DNA of 64,000 nt, taken from the NCBI RefSeq assembly GCF_020745735.1, contig NC_083437.1, positions 24,242,001-24,306,000 on the forward strand, given 5' to 3'. Origin of the DNA: Hemiscyllium ocellatum (lineage: Eukaryota). Made by a program: the position numbers and the translations under genes. The notes below the pieces were generated by a model, which was not told the DNA's origin, ran no database searches, and saw nothing but the letters and a program-made list of their open reading frames with translations. This document shows positions 37,201-47,284 of this stretch, piece by piece (within the stretch, counting starts at the first letter, position 1; each line of letters starts with the position of its first letter).

Positions 37201-40200
37201 GCAGAGTGTTTGAAAGTAATCAAAATTTCAATTTATTAGAGGTTGAGAAGAAAATAACAAAACCGGGTTTTCATGAAATGAATGTAAACACAGTCACTGA
37301 TACTTATGTTTGATGATGTCTCTGATTTTTCTCCCTCTGTTCTATAGGTCCAGTACCTGATTCAAAGAAACCAAAACTAATGCATGGCACACTGATTATA
37401 AAGGATAACGTGAGTAATGCATGTTTAAATTTGGGTATCACTTGAAAGAAGGATAAAACACAAAGTCACTTGCTCTTGTTGCTTTTATGTTTAGAGCCTT
37501 CGCCTAGTTTCACCTGAACAGGCTGTGAAAGAATTGGGTCTCAGTGAACATCACCTTCGTTACACATGTAAAGTTCAAATACAGGACCACCACTCAGAAC
37601 AAGATACCTTAAATCGAATATACAACCACCTGAAAAAGTGAGTACATTACCCTGCTTAGGCCAGTGGAGATAATAGCTTAATTTATTTTTATTGCCACCA
37701 TAGCGAAATGGGTGTAGAGTCAGATATGTGAAGCAAGAAAAAAATGTGTCATTCAGAGCAGTAGCTGAAAAGGATGGGCAGCAGCCAATAATAAACCAAG
37801 AACTGATCAAAGAAGGAAGTGTCGACCTTAAGAAAAGGTCTGGAACTAATTACTGTTCTATTCAAATGACTGCTGCATTGCTCAAGTTAATTTTTGTACT
37901 TTTCTGCCATGGCTAGTACAGTTTTGGGTTTGCTGTGATACCTTCTTGGGTTTGGTAGTGTTGGATGTTCCCAGACTTGGATCTCCTGTCGCTATATGCT
38001 GGGGTTTACTCACAATTAGCTAATATCTACATATATGAAAACATGACTAGGAAGATATTGCATCACATCATATGGATTGGATATAGTAGAGTAATCTTGC
38101 CAGGCCCTGAACATCATGAGCTATGCCTAGAAAGCAGCAGCAAAGTGTCCCATTTTCCAATGGCAAGATGAAATTGTCACTAGTGAGCACAAGAGGCCTA
38201 TTTGCATGCATTAGCATGTATTAACAACTTAATCTCACCAGTTTCCCATTCTCCCATGAGTCAGACAGAAACTAGATGGTGACAATTTAAAGTCATAGCA
38301 ATAACCTGGTGACTCCAGCCCGCTGCCAGCTGTTCCAGATCTTCATCTTGAACACTCAGGACCAATATCTCAATGCCCTACTCCATGACAGCAACTGCAT
38401 ACACACTCCATTCACAGACTTGGCATCTGCCTTGAATCAGCCTCATCAGGACACATCTTCAATATACTTTGCATGATTCTGTACTACAGTGCTTCAGTTT
38501 GGAACAACCAGCACTTAACATTGGAATACAGTTACAAAGGCACTTTGCAATCAGGGACAGGCACCAAATTCATGAATTCAACCAGGTTGTATCTCTGGGC
38601 TGCATGCTCACTCCCTTAGCACTCACTCACTGTGCCTACTTCAATGCTTGCAGCACCCGTCTGCCTTGGTCCCTCAGCTAGATCTTAAAGGCTCACAGTA
38701 TTTCTGTCTTGCTTTGCTTTTCAATACAGGCACAATAGCAGTGCACTTGTCATGATTGTCAGCCAGGGAGCACCATGCTGTATCAATCTTTCACCTACAG
38801 CATGTAACAGTAGCCTAGCCAGCAAACACACTGCATGTGCATTAATCAAATGGCTATGTGTCAAAGTTGAAGGAGAATAGTCCTCAGTCAGGTCATGGGG
38901 GAGCAGTCATCAGTCAGGCTGATGCGGACAATTGCTGGCCACAGCATAAACACACTGCAAGATTTCAGAGACTGCGCAGGAGCACAGAACTGATTTTCTC
39001 TCTCCTTGAACTTGAAGTATTCAGAAACATACTGTTATGTGTAATGATGTCATTCTTGAGTGTTGTGGGGTTTGGAGGGCAAAGTCTCTATTCATCCAAC
39101 ACTTACAATTTCCAGCTGTATCTTTGCAATGTGACTGGCACCACATTTATCAGAATAAGGTACAATGTCACAGTTCCATGTTGAGAAATCCCATGGCCCT
39201 GCATTTTGGATTGTTCCATGTCCACTGTATAGAGAATTACACTAAACAATCAGTTGTGAGTGATGTGAATGCTTACAGCTCATGTTATGAAAATTCTGTT
39301 CTGTTTCTAATAATCCCGACTCAGGTTCATTTTAAGTGTGAGTGAAGTTTGGCTGAATCCTCAGTTGTTCACCCAGAAATGTGTCAAGGCCGATACCAAT
39401 GCGATTGTTGTTAGATCAATTTGCTTCCTATCATTTCCCTGCAATGAGCTCAGTGCTGTAGCTCAGGCAGTATGATTGGCAGCATAGCTGGCTTTTCCTC
39501 GGCCAGAGTAAACACACTGCATTGAGAGTGCCATACCATAATGCACCTGAGTTCCTCAATAGAAAAGAGTTCCATTCCAGCAATGTGCAAGTCATCTATG
39601 ATCATCAGTAGCACATCTTGGAGATCTGTGCCAGCTACCAGCCACGACACCTCCAACCTTGTGAACTCTAATGGTCTGAGTTAATTTCAAAGACTGGATG
39701 CATTGCAAAGTTACTTACTAGGAAACAAGGACGACTATGGTTGATGGCTCCATAGATACAATGTAGCCCATAATTCTACCAGAGCAGACAAAGGCCACCT
39801 GGAAATCAGATTCCATCTTTGGATCAGACTTGGAGGAGGGGAGCAGGGTAAGAAGAGTGGGTTCCTGTGGTACACTGTGTTTGGAGTCTAGTGCATAATC
39901 CTTGTGTGCTGCATTGTGCTACTGCAGCAGCAGGCAAAGAGGGCACGAGATGGATGCTGAAAAACTAAGAGTGTGGCTGCAGTCTTCCAAGGAGGAAGGT
40001 GAGGACATTGCGCAGGGGAAAGTCACCTTCATGAAGCATTGCAGTGTCAGGCACTGTAAGCAGACAAGACATAATTAACATCTCCCTCCAGTGTATGTGA
40101 ACTGGATGCAGGGAACTGTAAATGTATTGGTCCTTGAAAGGCACATATCTGTTTCTGTTCCCACAGCTATGTGAAGCTTCTGTTTGTTTATTGTTTACTT

Positions 40201-43200
40201 CTGCTGTTGCTAAATATCAGTGAATGTTTTGAACCTTTTGAAGACTTTTCCTGTTTGTGTCGGGCGCATGTTGAACGATTCAGGCTACTAGGCATTGGGG
40301 CAAGAGTAGCACTAACTTTAACAGAATTGTAAGATAGGATGAGACTAAGGACAGGTAAACTGTGTGGCTTGGATCTTAAATGGTGAGAGCTATGAGATTG
40401 TGCATTTGCATGAGCAACAAAATCTCTGCTCTGTCACCAGTGTGTCCTGGGAAGCATGGGTTTGTGGGTGTGCGGTGACGATTAGATTAGATTACTTACA
40501 GTGTGGAAACAGGCCCTTCGGCCCAATAAGTCCAAACCGGCCCGCCGAAGCGCAACCCACCCAAACCCATTCCCCTACATTTACCCCTTCACCTAACACT
40601 ATGGGCAATTAGCATGGCCAATTCACCTAACCTGCACATTGTTTGGATTGTGGAAGGAAACCGGAGCACTCGGAGGAAACCCACACAGACATGGGAAAAA
40701 CGTGCAAACAGAGAGTTGCCTGAGGCAGGAATTGAACCCGGGTCTCTGGCGCTGTGAGGCAGCAGTGCTAACCACTGTGCCACCGTGCCACCCATGTCCT
40801 TGCAGTGCCGAGTACTTGTGTCTGTGATGAATGGGAGAATACAACAAGAAGAAAGTGAGGAGTCAGAGTTGAAAAAGGTGGCGCTGGAAAAGCACAGGCA
40901 GCATCTGTGAAGCAGGAGCGTTGACGTTTCAGGCATAAGCTCTTTAGGTCTGATACATTGGTACGGGACAACCCACAAAAACACACTAGGCCTCATGGAG
41001 AGAAACCTTCCATGGAACTTGACAAAAATGACATTTTAGCTGAAAATGTGTTGCTGGAAAAGCACAGCAGGTCAAGCAGCATCCAAGGAACAGGAAATTC
41101 GACGTTTCGGGCATAAGCCCTTCATCAGGGCTAAAATGACATTTTAGCCAATTCCAACTGGTAAGATTCAGTCCTGTTATTGTTCTTATTCACTCGTGGA
41201 ATGTGGGCATTGCTGGCTTGTCAGCACTGCTTTAACATGTGACTTGACATTCTTCAATCTGTAGCTTTGATATTGTTCAATGAGCAAAATAACATTGTGT
41301 ACAACAGTTATGATTGGTTTCAGTTAATTTGACCAATACATCTCATCTCTTGAAATAATACAGGATAACAAAGGGTACAGTTCTCCACATCTGCAATCAC
41401 CTCTTTGGCTTAAATAACTTCATCCCAACCCCCTGTGAACTAACCTCGTGGCTGTAGGCAAAACTAGACCCAGGCAATTTTTGTTTGAGGTGACAGCCAA
41501 TTTGTATTTCTGTTGCTATTTGATCTTCCCATGTTGGCCACCAGCGATATGCCAAATAGCTTCTGTTGCACACTCTGACTAGGTGTTACTTAATATAATG
41601 TTTCTGAGTATCACTACTGGCTAACAAATTGGTTATTATTAAAATCTTTTGGGGAAACTACTTTAATACCTTTGTCAGTAGAGTATTAACCAATTTTCAT
41701 CTTTTTTTTAAAATGGCTTAATGCAAAATGTTTTCCCTTAAATCCTTATGTTTAAAAGTAGCTCCTATTCAAATCTATGCTGTAGCAAAATGGTCAAAAA
41801 AATCCCAAACCATAATCCATCTCTGTTCTCCAGTTGGTGTCTCAGTGGTTTGGATTGGAGCCTTTCATATTATATTGCTGATTGATTTGCATAGCGATAA
41901 GATCGATGAATGTTCTTTTCTGGGAACAGAGGCAAGGGACACAGTAGCTTCTGGAAGAAAAAAACAGTTAGTCCAGTTATTGATGCCACTGATTTTTATT
42001 TTGAGACCTTGAGCATGATCTGTTCAGTTTCCATTAAAAAATATCAGCACACTCAGTAAGACTGTTGATCAAAATTTGGAATTGAACGGTAGCCTTGCTG
42101 CACACAAATAATATTACCTTAGCTGCTGACCTACTCATCAGCTAAGGGTTGCTTAATAGATATTGTATTACTTTATAGGGATATTTCTTCAAGCAGTTGC
42201 AGCCTATAAAGCATTAAACATAGAAGGTTCAAAAATAACTCAATCAATTTTTAATTTTTTTTTATTCTTTCCTTGTTGTCTGGAAGTATCTTGAAAGACT
42301 ATCCGATTCAACATCTGCCTGATGGCTCTGTGATGGTGGAGTCCATTCTCATTAAAATCAGTGCAATGTCTGATGATCAGAGTACTAAGGATGTGTTAGT
42401 TTCATGGACCTACCAGGTGAGTGATCCTGTTTTAGAGAGCCACTGTCTTTCATGTCTAGTGAGGCTTGTATTTAGAATACTCCACATGTTGCCTTGTATC
42501 CAGATGGAGGCTCTGTGTCTGTGTCTCATACTTCATGACCTGCTTTATACAGGTCGGCAATTGGTGAGGTTGGGTAATGTCCACAGATGCCACAAGCATC
42601 TTAAACATTCCCACACCGAGAGGGATGCTGACTGCTAATATCTAAACTGTTCTTTAGTAAAGAAATATTAAAAAATTGTAATTGTGAAATTAGTTTGAAG
42701 TAGCCAATCCATTGAGCTGCAGAATATTTGCAGTCAACAGTAGAACAATGTAAATGTGAGTGTCTATGGGGGAGGAGTCTGTGTGTAAGTCTTTGTGGCA
42801 GGAGGTGTCCGTGTGAGAGTCTCTGTGGGTGAGGATGTCTGTGGTTGTGGGTCTGTGTATGGATTTCTGTGGGTAGGGTGTGTGTGTGTGTGCATGGGGT
42901 TGTAACTTAGAGTGTGTGCATGTTCCCTTGTCAGTTGGTGTGTTAGTCTGTGTCTGTGTGGATGTGAGGACTTCCAGGATGTCCCAAGGTTTGGAACAGT
43001 CAGCAACACTGTCAACCGTTGATTTCATTACTGGCTTTTTCATTTATTGTCAAATCTGAAGACACAAGACCTAGCATACCCGACATTACCACAACTCAGG
43101 GATAAACCTATGCCAATCTGCAGTGTGATTAGGTGTTTAGGAGCTTAGCTTCTCCTTGCTGTTGAAGTCTAATAGGAAGGGTATGAGCTTGAAAGTGCAG

Positions 43201-45075
43201 CTAAGAGGCACATTGCATGACCTGCACATTATGCTTGTCTGATGTTCCATTTCACATTCAGAAACGTGATAAATTTCTCATATCAAATGAAGATTCCTTC
43301 TGCATGCTCAGTGTAGTGGAGTTGCATACTGTGTTTTTGTAATTAAGATATAAAAAAATTACAGCTGCCATGATATATACTGTGTCCTCTGGTTGCTCAG
43401 ATTAAGAAGCAACTATCTCTAGGATGTTTGATAAATTGATGATAATTCCATGTCAGTGTTATTAAATTTAAGTGAGTGATTGTTCCATCTGCTGATTAGA
43501 CCGTAAGAGTTGGATTAAGGGGCAGCAGAGCAGAATTCCTTCATGATCGCAGGTCACTCTGGGAATTGATGCTGATTGAACACTCGTCTTGTTGAGAATT
43601 TAGCCAGTTATTTACATATACAAATTATCTTTTGAAATTATTCTGTCAGGATTATGTTCTTTGGAGGTTTCAAGAATATGAATATCATTAATTGTTACTC
43701 TTCAACACAATTTGTAAACTTGCTTCAATTTGACAAATTAATTATTCAATTTTCCAAACAAATCATAGATGATTTACAGTAATGATCTCTGACACCATGC
43801 ATTTAATCTTTTAAAATCCATGACACAAATTTGAAATGGGAACTAAGCTCAGCAATTTTAATCTTTTTAATCACATTACTCAATCCTGTTTTTTAACTGC
43901 TGGCTGTTTCTCATTGTTGTTTGATCAATGTTGTCAAAGTGCTTGCTTCATATCGTTGGAAGTGGATCTTCACAGTGTCTTTAACCTGCTCACTGACATG
44001 TAAATTAACTGATTAAGAATCACAAGTATTGTATATACCTTTGTGTAACCTATTGCAAATGTCACTATGCAAATGAGAGGATATGGAATTTTACAGTGTA
44101 TAACCACTATTAGTAAAACAAAATAACTTCACACTTTTCACCCACTCAGTGTTGATTGGGTACAATGTTGTCTGGTGGTGTTTCAATTTTACGATAGAGC
44201 ATTTTACAAAGTTACAAAACAGTTAACTGCGGCAAACTAAAAGCTATATGGAGTTAGTCTTTCCCTGGATAAAAAGTGTAATCTCATTAAATTGGAGTGC
44301 AGTATATGTTGAAAAGCTATTTGGTTTGTAAACTTTCCAACAGCAGAAAGCTGTTGTTCAGCAAAGGAATTTCCATCCAATACGACTTAAGTGCAGTTGT
44401 GGATTAACATGTAATGATCTGTTTCAACAATAACTTGTGTAGAATTTTTAACACAGAAAAATTGTAGAATGATGCAGCATAGGAGGGAATCATACACCCA
44501 CTTAATTCTACACCAAATACTTCAGTGACTCAAAGGAATTAGGTTTTGTTTTGAAAAACAAGCTGTTCTTAACATGCAAAAGACTTTCTATAAAAAGACA
44601 GGTAACGATTGGCAGATTAACCTGCTCCAATTAGAGGACTCATACCTGGAATATAAGTACAGTCATTCCTCCGTATCGACAAGGGTTCTGTCCCTGAGAA
44701 CTCCTGCAAATGATTATATTCACAAGTGCAGAGCTTGTTCAAAAATAGGTTAAGAATCACAGATATGTGACTTTTGCCTGTGGATTTTTCAAAAATATTT
44801 TTTGGTGCAGATAGGCAAATTCATGTTTTATGATTTTGCAAATACAGAGGATTTACTGTATTTGAAACTAGTCAGGCGATCACATTGACCTGTTTGATCA
44901 GCTCTTCACCTCTTGTGCAAAGAAGTTCCTGCCACAGGTTCTGGGATCAATAATGCTTGTGAATTTATGAAGTTAACAATGTTTACTGACTCTTTTTAAT
45001 CTCTAGGATGAAGAATTGGGCAGTTACCTGATAACCTTGTTAAAGAAAGGACTGCCTCAGTCAATTGCTCTCTGA
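10198..45075 (+). CDS. INTS11: Integrator complex subunit 11 (CPSF73-like MBL/beta-CASP endonuclease), 17 coding exons, 601 aa: join(10198..10225,10316..10413,12794..12867,13368..13596,13903..14001,20949..20983,23695..23833,26494..26558,28759..28948,30485..30568,30677..30766,32458..32620,34541..34648,37348..37409,37495..37637,42287..42416,45007..45075)
   Basis: Exons translated by hand join in frame (1806 nt), from [19 protein letters not shown] to [11 protein letters not shown]. Motifs SHFHLDH, AGHVLGA, GDYN, ESTY, SAHAD and VHGE are intact. Introns are GT-AG except one GC-AG. Confidence 0.98.
10316..10413 (+). CDS. INTS11: INTS11 coding exon 2 ([33 protein letters not shown])
   Basis: ttttcag acceptor, gtaagt donor. 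Confidence 0.97.
11226..11265. repeat. Perfect 17-bp inverted repeat with 6-nt loop
   Basis: ttgagcacattactact-caatgt-agtagtaatgtgctcaa. Confidence 0.9.
12335..12440 (+). pseudogene. Degenerate tandem duplicate of INTS11 exon 3 with its upstream intron end
   Basis: tcaaaatggaagactgacAgaatttcttgaAtgt vs true exon tcaaaatggaagactgacTgaatttcttgaCtgt; own acceptor ttaacag|AGA; frameshifted and lacking a GT donor. Confidence 0.85.
12794..12867 (+). CDS. INTS11: INTS11 coding exon 3 ([25 protein letters not shown])
   Basis: ttccag acceptor, gtaact donor. Confidence 0.97.
13368..13596 (+). CDS. INTS11: INTS11 coding exon 4 ([12 protein letters not shown]...VHLHQTVQ)
   Basis: HxHxDH metal-binding motif; ends at non-canonical donor CAG|gcaagc. 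Confidence 0.96.
13903..14001 (+). CDS. INTS11: INTS11 coding exon 5 ([20 protein letters not shown]...VVYT)
   Basis: ttctag acceptor, gtgagt donor. Confidence 0.97.
14045..14170 (+). mobile_element. Short Penelope-tail element, hammerhead core decayed (GAAA>AAAA)
   Basis: ctgatga-agggctccggccc-aaaatgttg followed by ggatgctgcc...ccagcatctgcag tail. Confidence 0.75.
14685..14776 (+). mobile_element. Short Penelope-tail element, hammerhead core decayed
   Basis: ctgatga-agggcttatgccc-aaaatgttg plus the same tail. Confidence 0.75.
15514..17195 (-). mobile_element. Solo LTR of a related family inserted between protease and integrase of the Gmr1 element; itself split by a CR1
   Basis: Aligns by eye with the 18620..18825+20298..20711 LTR; starts TGTGATG on minus; 4-bp TSD ctgg/ttgg. 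Confidence 0.75.
15787..16830 (+). mobile_element. Young 5'-truncated CR1 LINE; uninterrupted RT C-terminal frame to 16751
   Basis: [26 protein letters not shown]; 3' tail (tatgttc)n. Confidence 0.92.
18825..20297 (+). mobile_element. 5'-truncated CR1 LINE inside the Gmr1 5' LTR
   Basis: [16 protein letters not shown]...[20 protein letters not shown]; frameshifted; ctatgact tail. Confidence 0.9.
20949..20983 (+). CDS. INTS11: INTS11 coding exon 6 ([12 protein letters not shown])
   Basis: ttgcag acceptor, gtgagt donor. Confidence 0.96.
22855..23430 (-). mobile_element. CR1 3' fragment
   Basis: [21 protein letters not shown]; tail at left end. Confidence 0.75.
23695..23833 (+). CDS. INTS11: INTS11 coding exon 7 ([26 protein letters not shown]...GGK)
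   Basis: Contains the ESTY catalytic Glu; tttcag acceptor, gtatga donor. Confidence 0.97.
25520..25620 (-). mobile_element. Short Penelope-tail element with CUGAAGA...GAAA hammerhead core
   Basis: Minus strand ctgaaga-aggatcactggacc-gaaaacattaa plus gctgccagacttgctgag tail. Confidence 0.65.
26494..26558 (+). CDS. INTS11: INTS11 coding exon 8 ([22 protein letters not shown])
   Basis: taatag acceptor, gtaatt donor. Confidence 0.97.
27251..27560 (+). mobile_element. Old tRNA-like SINE
   Basis: A/B-box-like gtggcatagttg...gggtttgaattc; body tgtgactccagatccacagcaatgtg. Confidence 0.5.
28759..28948 (+). CDS. INTS11: INTS11 coding exon 9 ([11 protein letters not shown]...DNPGPM)
   Basis: ttgcag acceptor, gtatat donor. 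Confidence 0.97.
29191..29245 (+). repeat. Two-copy ~30-bp tandem duplication
   Basis: agagaaattggagc(a/t)cattatacca x2. Confidence 0.85.
30485..30568 (+). CDS. INTS11: INTS11 coding exon 10 ([28 protein letters not shown])
   Basis: ttctag acceptor, gtaagg donor. Confidence 0.97.
30677..30766 (+). CDS. INTS11: INTS11 coding exon 11 ([30 protein letters not shown])
   Basis: tctcag acceptor, gtaagc donor. Confidence 0.97.
31003..31135 (-). mobile_element. Short Penelope-tail element with near-intact hammerhead core (31096..31124)
   Basis: Minus strand attc-ctgatga-aagggcgtttgccc-gaaaagtc-gatt. Confidence 0.75.
32458..32620 (+). CDS. INTS11: INTS11 coding exon 12 ([19 protein letters not shown]...IEQEF)
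   Basis: SAHAD and VHGE motifs; tcccag acceptor, gtaagt donor. Confidence 0.97.
34541..34648 (+). CDS. INTS11: INTS11 coding exon 13 ([11 protein letters not shown]...[10 protein letters not shown])
   Basis: Long polypyrimidine tract plus ccag acceptor, gtaact donor. Confidence 0.95.
35100..35780 (-). mobile_element. Two adjacent old SINE copies of one family (a related copy lies at ~52030..52380)
   Basis: Repeated blocks gtagtcactgttgtaatgt.gaaa and gcaatgtgataatgaccagataatc; family not determined. Confidence 0.5.
36270..36750 (-). mobile_element. RTE-clade LINE relic (C-terminal region)
   Basis: [12 protein letters not shown]...[20 protein letters not shown] resembles RTE EMWxxRRMLRISW..NEEVL...ELLxTIxKR. 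Confidence 0.6.
37348..37409 (+). CDS. INTS11: INTS11 coding exon 14 ([20 protein letters not shown])
   Basis: ctatag acceptor, gtgagt donor. Confidence 0.95.
37495..37637 (+). CDS. INTS11: INTS11 coding exon 15 ([19 protein letters not shown]...IYNHLK)
   Basis: tttag acceptor, gtgagt donor. Confidence 0.95.
39350..39940 (+). mobile_element. PIF/Harbinger (HARBI1-like) transposase relic
   Basis: Broken frames give [45 protein letters not shown] and LWYT..V*CIILVCC, in Harbinger DDE order. Confidence 0.7.
40480..40793 (-). mobile_element. HE1-type elasmobranch tRNA-derived SINE
   Basis: A box TGGCACAGTGG, B box GGTTCAATTCC, (TCTAA)n tail. Confidence 0.85.
41041..41132 (-). mobile_element. 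92-bp Penelope-tail insertion with intact hammerhead core (41101..41128)
   Basis: Minus strand CUGAUGA-AGGGC-UUAU-GCCC-GAAACGUC; 16-bp TSD aaaatgacattttagc at 41025..41040 and 41133..41148. Confidence 0.85.
42287..42416 (+). CDS. INTS11: INTS11 coding exon 16 ([15 protein letters not shown]...VSWTYQ)
   Basis: Polypyrimidine tract plus AAG acceptor, gtgagt donor; phase matches exon 15. Confidence 0.94.
44660..44858. mobile_element. Tc1/mariner (Tigger-like) MITE
   Basis: TA|CAGTcattcctccgtat ... atacagaggatttACTG|TA: imperfect ~22-bp TIRs and TA TSD. Confidence 0.7.
45007..45075 (+). CDS. INTS11: INTS11 last coding exon ([22 protein letters not shown])
   Basis: ctctag acceptor, TGA at 45073..45075. 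Confidence 0.96.
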   Translation, partial: DEELGSYLITLLKKGLPQSIAL

Positions 45076-45387
45076 CCCACTGGATGACAGGAAATAAATT
45101 TAGCACAGATGATCTTTTTCGTATTTTTATATTTAACTCCTTGTAAAAGAGTTCAGCCTTGCAGGATCCAAGAAGCTATGTTAAATATGCCATTGTTTAT
45201 AGAAAATTAGATTTGGAGGCTCAGATGCATATGACCTGCGGATTATAATGAGTCATGTTTTGCCCATGGAACAGGGTGGTTTGGTTCAATTTTATTTTTC
45301 TAAGTAGGCATGTGGATTGAATTGGAATTTGAGAATGTATGTGGCTTACATACTGTTTTGACTCATTTTACCAGAACATGTTTGTAA

Positions 45388-45393
45388 AATAAA
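45388..45393 (+). terminator. Probable INTS11 polyadenylation signal (a proximal AATAAA also lies at 45093..45098)
   Basis: AATAAA followed about 30 nt later by a T/GT-rich tract (tttttgtgttgc). Confidence 0.6.
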
Positions 45394-45539
45394 TTTTAAA
45401 ACTGTTTGGATTTTGTCATCCATTTTTGTGTTGCTTTATGACGTCCTTTACTGTGCCATAATGAAAGCGTTGTTTTCTGTAAACACAGCAGTCGACTGGA
45501 TATCCATATCCTCAAACACACAGCCATAATTATGGCCAT

Positions 45540-46095
45540 TATGACTTTAACTGGATGTGCTACACACATACTATGGGTGTGAAAGCAGGGCAGAAACTGG
45601 GAATTCTGAAGTGGGTTACTTGCCTCTTAACACCTCAGTCTTTTCATCATCTACAAAGCATAAGTCAAGTAAATGTAAGAGTTCTGTGCACTTGCTTGAC
45701 TCAATACGTACAGATTGAATAATATTCAAGGAACCTGACATCACCCAGGACAAAACAGGCTGCTTTTCATTTGAACCCTGTCCACCATTTTAAGCAATCA
45801 AACCCCACCTCCAAATGCAATGCAGCAACATACATACCAATTTCAAGAGCACCTTCTAAAGCTGTGACATCTACCAAACCAAAAGGGCAAGACCATTAAT
45901 TTCACAAGAATACCACCATCCTGACTTGGAGATATTGCACTCATTGCTGAGTTGACATCATGTACTTCCTAGCCCATAGAACTTGTACACTGTACGAACT
46001 GCAGCAGTTCATTAATGTCACTACTATCTTCTCTAGCGCAATTAAAGATGGGCAATAACTGCTGGCCTTGCCAGTGATGTTTAAATCCTGTGAAT
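45540..46095 (+). mobile_element. L2-like LINE 3' relic (similar relic at ~54960..55310)
   Basis: Shared 3' end gggcaat.a.tgctgg.ct..ccag..atg in both copies; heavily decayed. Confidence 0.55.
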
Positions 46096-47284
46096 AACCA
46101 CAGAAGAAAAGTTTCTGAACTGAATTTGGTTCTATTTTCATGTCTGGCTTTGGTTTTTGATGCACCAGCCTGAAGCAACTTCCAGAGTTTCATTAACTTT
46201 TAAATGAGACCAGGAAAGTGCCTAGCTCTGAGCCACGAGTTCTCAGTCTCATCTACTCCAGAACTCTGAACAGATCGATAAGAAAATAGATATAGCTGAT
46301 GGATAATAGGTTTAAAGTAGCACAATAAATAAGTACTGGAATATATTAAAAATGAAAGAGCTGAAGAAACTCAATACATCAGGAAACGTGAGAGAAAAAA
46401 GGTAACATTTTGAGTCTAACTTGACTCTGGAGGATTTAGGAATAGTGTGAGTACAGTTTGCTTCATTTAAGTAGCATTTATCAAATCCTTTTAATGGAAA
46501 AGTGGTCAAAATGTTCTGAAATGTAACACTGGTTGTCATTAAAGTTCCAGTTTGTTATTTCGCATTTCTTGACAATTTTTTGTTTGAGGTGAAACAACAA
46601 GCCATTTTTGAAACCTTAATATCTGAAAATGTGAAACACGTTGAAGATAAATTTCTCCTTGTTACTATTATTCAGTGCACAGCCCATAATGTTTTGAAAA
46701 GCTTTTTATGATGAGCAACAAGTGTCATTTTTAAAACATGCTGATTTACTAGTCCATTGGCAGGGATTAAACTGTTTTAGACAAAGTCTATTATGATCTA
46801 ATCTGATGTTACAACAGGACAGGACAAATCCAAGAATAAAATCTAGCTTGATAGATTTTTTTAAAAAATTCAACATGTTGATCTTGCATAAAAACATGAA
46901 CACACAAGGCTACAGACTTGGTTTTAGCGTTATGCCAAATATGTATTATACAGAGGAAATAAAAATAAAACAAACCAAGTTAACATTTTAAAAGATTTCA
47001 AAACACGCAGCAAAACAAAATCCCAATATAGGAGCAAATTACCTCAGATGCTGGAATCTGAACTGAAATCAAAAAGTGCTGAAGATCATAGCAGGTCAGA
47101 CAGCATCCCTGAAGAGAAAGCAAGCTAACATTTTGAGTCTAGATTTCACAAAAATGACAAAAACCCCTATTCTACTAGTTTAAAATCTAAAACTCTTAAA
47201 AGGTGACAATATATATAAATGACACAATATTCATCGCAAGTCCAACCCGATACTCACACTTATCATTTACCCATGTTTTATTAT

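Noticed and set aside
40730-40793. tRNA gene from A/B boxes (also near 55750 and 63040)
   Set aside because: These are SINE heads attached to a SINE body and tail, not complete cloverleafs.
42760-42965. GT-rich tract giving His/Thr-rich ORFs on the minus strand
   Set aside because: Decayed (TG)n-like low-complexity sequence.
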